Source: Myxococcota bacterium
GTDB lineage: Bacteria > Myxococcota_A > UBA9042 > PHBI01 > JAWLBL01
DNA: 64,000 nt
Assembly: GCA_041687695.1 (NCBI GenBank)
Contig: JAWLBL010000001.1
Span: forward strand, 291,461 to 355,460
Reading direction: 5' to 3'
Numbering within the stretch: the first letter of the stretch is position 1; each line of letters starts with the position of its first letter. The notes beneath the pieces were generated by a model. That model searched no databases. It was given only the letters and a program-made list of their open reading frames with translations, and was not told the origin of the DNA. The translations under genes were made by a program, and so were the position numbers. Below, in pieces: positions 59,155-64,000 of the stretch.

Positions 59155-60852
59155 TCAGACCGGGGCGATGACCGGCGGAAGATAATCGTCGGGGGCCTGG
59201 AGCCCAAGCAAATTGAGGCACGTCGCGGCGAGATTCGCGAGGCCCGGCCGGCGCACGTCCCCGTCCCAGTGGAAGCGCGTCCCGGCCCCCCCGCCGACGA
59301 TGACGCAGGGCACCGGGTTGAGCGTGTGGCTGGTGCGCGCCTTGTAGGACGAGCCGTCATTGAGCGGGATGAGCGAGCCGGTCTTCTTGTCGCGCTCGAA
59401 CATCTCCTCGCAGTTGCCGTGGTCCGCCGTGATGACGCAGATGGCCCCGCGCTCGAGCAGGCCGTCGACGAGCCGCTCGAGGCAGAGGTCCAGCGCCTCC
59501 ATCGCCACCAGGGCGGGGCGCAGGCGGCCGGTGTGCCCGACCATGTCGCCGTTGGCGAAGTTGACCCGCACGAAGTGCGGCCGGAACGCGTCGACGTGCG
59601 CCAGGACCGCGTCGGTGATCTCGGCGGCCTTCATCCAGGGCCGCTCGGAGAAGTCGACCTGATCGCTGGGGATCTCGACCCAGCGCTCGAGCTCCTGGTC
59701 GAACTTGCCGGAGTTGTTGCCGTTGAAGAAGTAGGTCACGTGCCCGAACTTCTGCGTCTCGCTGACGGCGAGCTGCCGCAGGCCATTGCGCGCCAGGTAC
59801 TCGGGCAGGGTCCGATCGATGGACGGCGGCGACACCAGGAACTGCCGCGGCAGGCCGAGATCGCCGTCGTAGCGCATCATCCCCGCGAACCGGACCTCGG
59901 GGACCGCCCCGCGGTCGAACGGGAACGGCTGATCGGCCGGCGTCTCGAAGGCGCGGGTGATCTCGATGGCCCGGTCGCCGCGGAAGTTGAAGAACACGAC
60001 CGCGTCGCCATCGACGATGCGCCCGACCGGCTCGCCGTCCGCGGCCACCACGAAGGGCGGCAGGTTCTGGTCGATGACGCCGCGCTTTTCGCGCCGGTAG
60101 GTCTCGATCGCCTCGGTCGCCGACGCGAACTGGCGGCCCTCGCCGTGCACGTGGGCGCGCCAGCCCCGCTCGACGATGGCCCAGTCCGCCTCGTAGCGGT
60201 CCATCGTGGTGACCATCCGGCCGCCGCCGCTGGCGACGCGCGCGTCGACGCCGCGATCGCGCAAGCCCTGCAGGCGCACCTCGAGCGGATCGACGTACTC
60301 GAGGGCGCTCGTCTCGCCGACGTCGCGGCCGTCGAGCAGCAGATGCAGGCGCACGCGCTTGCACCCCTCGGCGACCGCTCGCTCCATCAGCGCGTAGGCG
60401 TGGTCGACGTGGCTGTGCACGTTTCCATCGCTCCACAACCCCATCAGGTGCAGGGTGCCGCCCGCGCGCCAGGTCTCGGCGAGCCAGCGCCAGGCGTCGC
60501 CCTCGAACAGAGACCCGCTCTCGATGGCGGCCCCGACCCGCTTGGCGCCCTGATCGAAGACGCGCCCGGCGCCCAGCGCGTTGTGGCCGACCTCGCTGTT
60601 GCCCATGTCGTCGTCCGACGGCATCCCGACGGCGGTGCCGTGGGCCTGCAGCCGCCCCGACACCGGCCCGGCGACCAGCTCGTCCAGGTACGGCGTCCGC
60701 GCCTGATACCAGGCGTTGCCCTGGTCGGTCGGCCCCAGCCCGACGCCGTCGAGGACGATGAGGCACACCGGCCCCTCGGGCGGTCGCAGGAAGGGGTGCT
60801 CCTGCAGCTTCCAGTCACGGGACGGATGCGCGCTAGCAGACGTCATGTCCAC
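59155..60852 (-). CDS. gpmI: 2,3-bisphosphoglycerate-independent phosphoglycerate mutase
   Basis: LIVLDGVG, MGNSEVGHNALGAG, SDGNVHSH, DGRD, NFRGDRA, SETQKFGHVTYFFNG, NGDMVGHTG, TADHGN. Confidence 0.97.
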   Translation of the reverse strand: MDMTSASAHPSRDWKLQEHPFLRPPEGPVCLIVLDGVGLGPTDQGNAWYQARTPYLDELVAGPVSGRLQAHGTAVGMPSDDDMGNSEVGHNALGAGRVFDQGAKRVGAAIESGSLFEGDAWRWLAETWRAGGTLHLMGLWSDGNVHSHVDHAYALMERAVAEGCKRVRLHLLLDGRDVGETSALEYVDPLEVRLQGLRDRGVDARVASGGGRMVTTMDRYEADWAIVERGWRAHVHGEGRQFASATEAIETYRREKRGVIDQNLPPFVVAADGEPVGRIVDGDAVVFFNFRGDRAIEITRAFETPADQPFPFDRGAVPEVRFAGMMRYDGDLGLPRQFLVSPPSIDRTLPEYLARNGLRQLAVSETQKFGHVTYFFNGNNSGKFDQELERWVEIPSDQVDFSERPWMKAAEITDAVLAHVDAFRPHFVRVNFANGDMVGHTGRLRPALVAMEALDLCLERLVDGLLERGAICVITADHGNCEEMFERDKKTGSLIPLNDGSSYKARTSHTLNPVPCVIVGGGAGTRFHWDGDVRRPGLANLAATCLNLLGLQAPDDYLPPVIAPV

Positions 60853-60940
60853 ACCTGTTGGGCCAACCTGTGGGGGGAGACGCGGACCATAGAGGGCCGC
60901 GCCCGACGAGGCAAGCCTCTGGCCGAGGCGCGCCGGGAGC

Positions 60941-60980
60941 CGACCGGGTCCGCCCGAGTCCGCCCGAGTCCGCCCGAGTC
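60941..60980. repeat. 10-bp tandem repeat: (CGCCCGAGTC)x3 plus one degenerate copy
   Basis: cgaccgggtc cgcccgagtc cgcccgagtc cgcccgagtc, just past the stop of the Cys-rich gene. Confidence 0.85.
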
Positions 60981-60990
60981 CAACGACGCG

Positions 60991-62961
60991 CTACTTCAGC
61001 TGACAGGACCCGGGCGTCGGCGGGTCGTCACATCCGACCGCGCCACAGGGACACATCTTGGCGCCGACGCACTTGCGGTTGTCGGCGCAGTCCTCGCTTG
61101 CGTAGCAGTCCTGGTTGAAGGCGGTGTAGGGCACGCAGATGGAGGACGTGTCCAGGCTGCAGCCGGTCTTGGTGCTGGCGGCGACGCAGCGCAGCCCCGG
61201 CGCGCACCCATGGTAGGTGTCGCAGCAGTCGCCGGCCTCGCCCAGCGGCGCGCACTTGCCCGGCTTGTCGATGTCGTCGCAGGTCGCGTCGGGCGGGCAC
61301 ACGCGCAGGCCCTTGCAGTGCTCGCCGCTCGGGCAGTCCGTGTGCGACCAGCAGGCGCCCTCGACCTGGGGGTGGCACGTCCCGGTCAGCGGGCAGTTGA
61401 CGGTCGCGCCGCACGGGTTGAGCGAGCAGTCCAGATCCCGCGCGCAGGTGCTGCCGTCGCCGCAGTCCAGGTTGGACCCGCAGTACTGGTCCGAGGCCGG
61501 CTCGCAGGTCCCCTCGCGGCTGCGCCAGCACTGCGCCCCGCACGCGCAGATGCGCGCCCGGTTGCAGACCTGGCCCTGCGGGCAGTCGAAGTAGTTCCAG
61601 CAGCTCTCGCCGAGCTGCGGCGCGGGCAGGCAGACGGCCGACGGCTGCGGCGGGCACGTCAGGAAGGTCGTCACGTTGCGGCACTCGTAGCCGCCGGGGC
61701 ACTCGCGGTGGCTGTTGCAGCAGTCGCCCTCGAGGACCGGGGCCTTGCACTCGCCCGGCACGTTGGGCGCGTCGCAGCCCGCCGGGTCGGTGCAGATCAC
61801 CTCGGCGCCGCAGCGATCCTGCGGGCCGCAGTCGTCCCGCGACCAGCAGCCGGACGCGATCTCGGCGACGCACACCCCCTGGGTCGGCGCCTGCTCGTCC
61901 ATCGGGCACCAGGCCACGTCGGGGATGACGCACCGAAGCCCGGGTCCGCAGTCGCCGGTCGTCTCGCACGGGGTCGCCAACGTCCGACAGACGCCGGCGG
62001 TGTCGGGCGCGTCGCAGTCCTCGTCGCAGCCGCAGAGGCTGGCCCCGACACACGCGCGCCCCGGCCCGCAGTGCTCGTCCACCCAGCAGCCGTTGGCCGG
62101 GGGCGCCGCCGCGCAGGCCCGCCCCTCGACGCAGATCTCGCCCGCGGCGCAGTCCGCGTTGGTCGTGCAGCAGGCCTGCCCGTCGCAGCGCCCCGCCGTC
62201 GTCGGCACCACGCACCCGCCCGCGCCGCACTGACAGTGCTGCGCGCCCGCGCACGCCACGCCGTCCGCGCAGTCGCCGTCCGCGAAGCAGCGCTCCCCGT
62301 CCGGCGCCGCCACGCAGCCGCCGTCGATGCACGCCCCGCTGGCCCCGCACTCCAGGTCGCCGAGGCAGCACGGCCCGGGGACGGCGCAGAACCCGGCCTT
62401 CGCCTCGCACCCGGCGTCACCGCACGCGCACGCGACCACGTCCTGGCAGACCTGGCCGGGGCCGCACTCGGCGGCCGACCAGCAGCCGGGATCCGCGTCC
62501 GCCCGGCACACGCCCTCGACGCAGCGCGCTCCCGCGTCGCACTCGGCGTCGGCGTTGCAGCACCCGGCGGGCCATCGGCAGCTGCCGGTCTCGGGCACGC
62601 AGGAGGCGTCGCCGCACGGGCACACCGACGCGTCCCCGCAGGTCTGGAACGGCTTGCAGTCGGCCGCCGTGTAGCACGCGGCCGCGCCCACGGCCGGGTG
62701 GCACGCCCCCTCGACGCAGCGCTGTCCGGGCGGGCAAGCGGCCTCTACGCAGCAGAGGAGGCCGACCGGACCGGTGTCCTTGGTCTCCTCGCTCGGCGCG
62801 TCCACCTCGGCCGTCGCGTCGGCGTCGGCCGTGGCCTGCGTGGGATCGGAGCAGGCAGCGAGCGCGAGGCCCGCAGCCGACAGGACGACGAGGCGGGCGA
62901 AGGGGCCCACGATGCGACCGACGATCGGCCGGGCGGTGTCCGACGAGGCTGGCGCGCGCAA
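60991..62961 (-). CDS. Cys-rich repeat lipoprotein
   Basis: Lipobox LAA-C; about 10 repeats of CWxxxDCxxGxxCxGAxxCxCGxxCxxxxxxGxC. Start uncertain: TTG at 62961 has a GGAGG RBS; GTG 62910 is an alternative. Confidence 0.82.
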   Translation of the reverse strand: MRAPASSDTARPIVGRIVGPFARLVVLSAAGLALAACSDPTQATADADATAEVDAPSEETKDTGPVGLLCCVEAACPPGQRCVEGACHPAVGAAACYTAADCKPFQTCGDASVCPCGDASCVPETGSCRWPAGCCNADAECDAGARCVEGVCRADADPGCWSAAECGPGQVCQDVVACACGDAGCEAKAGFCAVPGPCCLGDLECGASGACIDGGCVAAPDGERCFADGDCADGVACAGAQHCQCGAGGCVVPTTAGRCDGQACCTTNADCAAGEICVEGRACAAAPPANGCWVDEHCGPGRACVGASLCGCDEDCDAPDTAGVCRTLATPCETTGDCGPGLRCVIPDVAWCPMDEQAPTQGVCVAEIASGCWSRDDCGPQDRCGAEVICTDPAGCDAPNVPGECKAPVLEGDCCNSHRECPGGYECRNVTTFLTCPPQPSAVCLPAPQLGESCWNYFDCPQGQVCNRARICACGAQCWRSREGTCEPASDQYCGSNLDCGDGSTCARDLDCSLNPCGATVNCPLTGTCHPQVEGACWSHTDCPSGEHCKGLRVCPPDATCDDIDKPGKCAPLGEAGDCCDTYHGCAPGLRCVAASTKTGCSLDTSSICVPYTAFNQDCYASEDCADNRKCVGAKMCPCGAVGCDDPPTPGSCQLK

Positions 62962-63086
62962 TTCGACCTCCGCGGTCCGGGTGCGCGGCGGTCGCGCTCC
63001 TTCCGAAACGGGAGCGCATGGTAACGGCTTGGTCCCACCGGCGCGAGCGGCGTTTGATTCTACGAACGCTCCGGCCTTCGAAAGCA

Positions 63087-63117
63087 CGAGAGCCCCGTCG
63101 ACCGGACGGGGCTCTCG
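63087..63117 (-). terminator. Intrinsic terminator-like hairpin after the small lipoprotein gene
   Basis: 13-bp perfect stem CGAGAGCCCCGTC / GACGGGGCTCTCG with a 5-nt loop, followed by TGCTTT on the minus strand. Confidence 0.7.
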
Positions 63118-63141
63118 CTCGAAAGGCTCGGAAGGACCGAA

Positions 63142-63471
63142 TTACTCGGCCTTCTTCTCCTCGGCCTTCGGCTCCTCGGCCTTCGGCTCGCCCTCGGCGG
63201 CCTTGTCCAGGCCCTTCTTCAGGGCGGCCATCGCCTTGATGCCCTCGAGCATCTCGTTGAGCTTCTTCTCGTCGGCGAGAATGGCCTCGCACTCCTTCTT
63301 CTCGGCGTCGCCGATCTTCTTGTCGCCCATCTCCTTCTTCATCTCGGCGCAGATTTCCTCACCGGCCGCCGCGCACATCTTGTCCATGACCTTGGCGCAG
63401 GGGTCGCCGGCGCAGGCCATCACGTTCACGCTGAGCAGGCCAGCGGCGATAACAATCATGAGACGCTTCAT
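63142..63471 (-). CDS. Small helical Lys/Glu-rich lipoprotein
   Basis: MKRLMIVIAAGLLSVNVMA-C lipobox, four further Cys, AGGA RBS. Confidence 0.8.
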   Translation of the reverse strand: MKRLMIVIAAGLLSVNVMACAGDPCAKVMDKMCAAAGEEICAEMKKEMGDKKIGDAEKKECEAILADEKKLNEMLEGIKAMAALKKGLDKAAEGEPKAEEPKAEEKKAE

Positions 63472-63555
63472 CTGAGTTCCTCCGGGATCCCCGGTGTGTG
63501 GGCTGTTTTCCCCGCTGACGGTGCCCTCGTGACCGGGGCGCCGTTCGGTGCGGCC

Positions 63556-64000
63556 CTATTTAGCACCCGCGGATCGGTCTTGCAACTCGGGTGCGGGCGC
63601 CGGTCGCGTCGAGGGGTCGACGGCGGCGTCCGACGGGGCGAGCAGGGGCTCGCGGAGCGGCTCGGGGGCGAGGACGGGGGCGGTCGCCTGCGACGTGGCG
63701 TCGACCAGCTCGACGCGCTTGATGCCGCGCTGGTCGACGATGAGGCGGACGCGCTCGGTCTCGACCTGACGGTCGCGGCCGCGCCCCGAGGTCAGCCGGA
63801 GGACGAAGTTGACGTGGTAGACGCGGGCGCACGGGACGCTGACCAGCTCCCAGGTCTCGGGGTGGACCAGCCGGTAGGTCTCATAGGGGGCGTCCATGCG
63901 CTCGCGCAGGCGGCTCACGTTGAAGCGGATGATGTCGTTCAAGCCCTCGAGGCCGTCGAGGTGCTCGCCGAGCGCCTCGGACTCGAGGGTGATCTCCTTG
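63556..64000 (-). CDS. Hypothetical protein, C-terminal part (runs off the window)
   Basis: Open frame to the window edge: ...KEITLESEALGEHLDGLEGLNDIIRFNVSRLRERMDAP...RVYHVNFVL...RLIVDQRGIKRVE. Confidence 0.75.
   Translation of the reverse strand, partial: KEITLESEALGEHLDGLEGLNDIIRFNVSRLRERMDAPYETYRLVHPETWELVSVPCARVYHVNFVLRLTSGRGRDRQVETERVRLIVDQRGIKRVELVDATSQATAPVLAPEPLREPLLAPSDAAVDPSTRPAPAPELQDRSAGAK

Overview
High-GC bacterial window that looks like Myxococcota or a related deltaproteobacterium: it has a TIGR04551-like outer-membrane protein, myxobacterial Cys-rich repeats and many lipoproteins. Core or metabolic genes: groES (partial)-groEL, methylmalonyl-CoA epimerase, argH-lysA, a class II glutamine amidotransferase, an acyl-CoA dehydrogenase, a DUF1015 protein, boxR/boxC/boxB, HelD-like and HrpA-like helicases, and gpmI. 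The accessory content is mostly cell-surface proteins: a 4794-aa Cys-rich lipoprotein with a 16-module disulfide rod, a fimU-pilV-pilW-pilX-pilY1 cluster with an extra lipoprotein and an OmpA-domain protein, and several modular lipoproteins. The best candidate for an undescribed system is an exported lipoprotein dikinase with the His-swivel domain before the ATP-grasp domain (the plant glucan-water-dikinase order), next to a triple lamin-tail-domain lipoprotein. Non-coding signals: a degenerate ~57-bp tandem array after groEL, a 25/26-bp VNTR, a perfect FNR box plus BzdR-type boxes before boxC, and a perfect sigma54 promoter before an orphan 101-aa ORF. I saw no rRNA, tRNA, CRISPR-cas, transposase, integrase or reverse transcriptase. 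All family assignments come from recognising motifs by eye; no searches were run.
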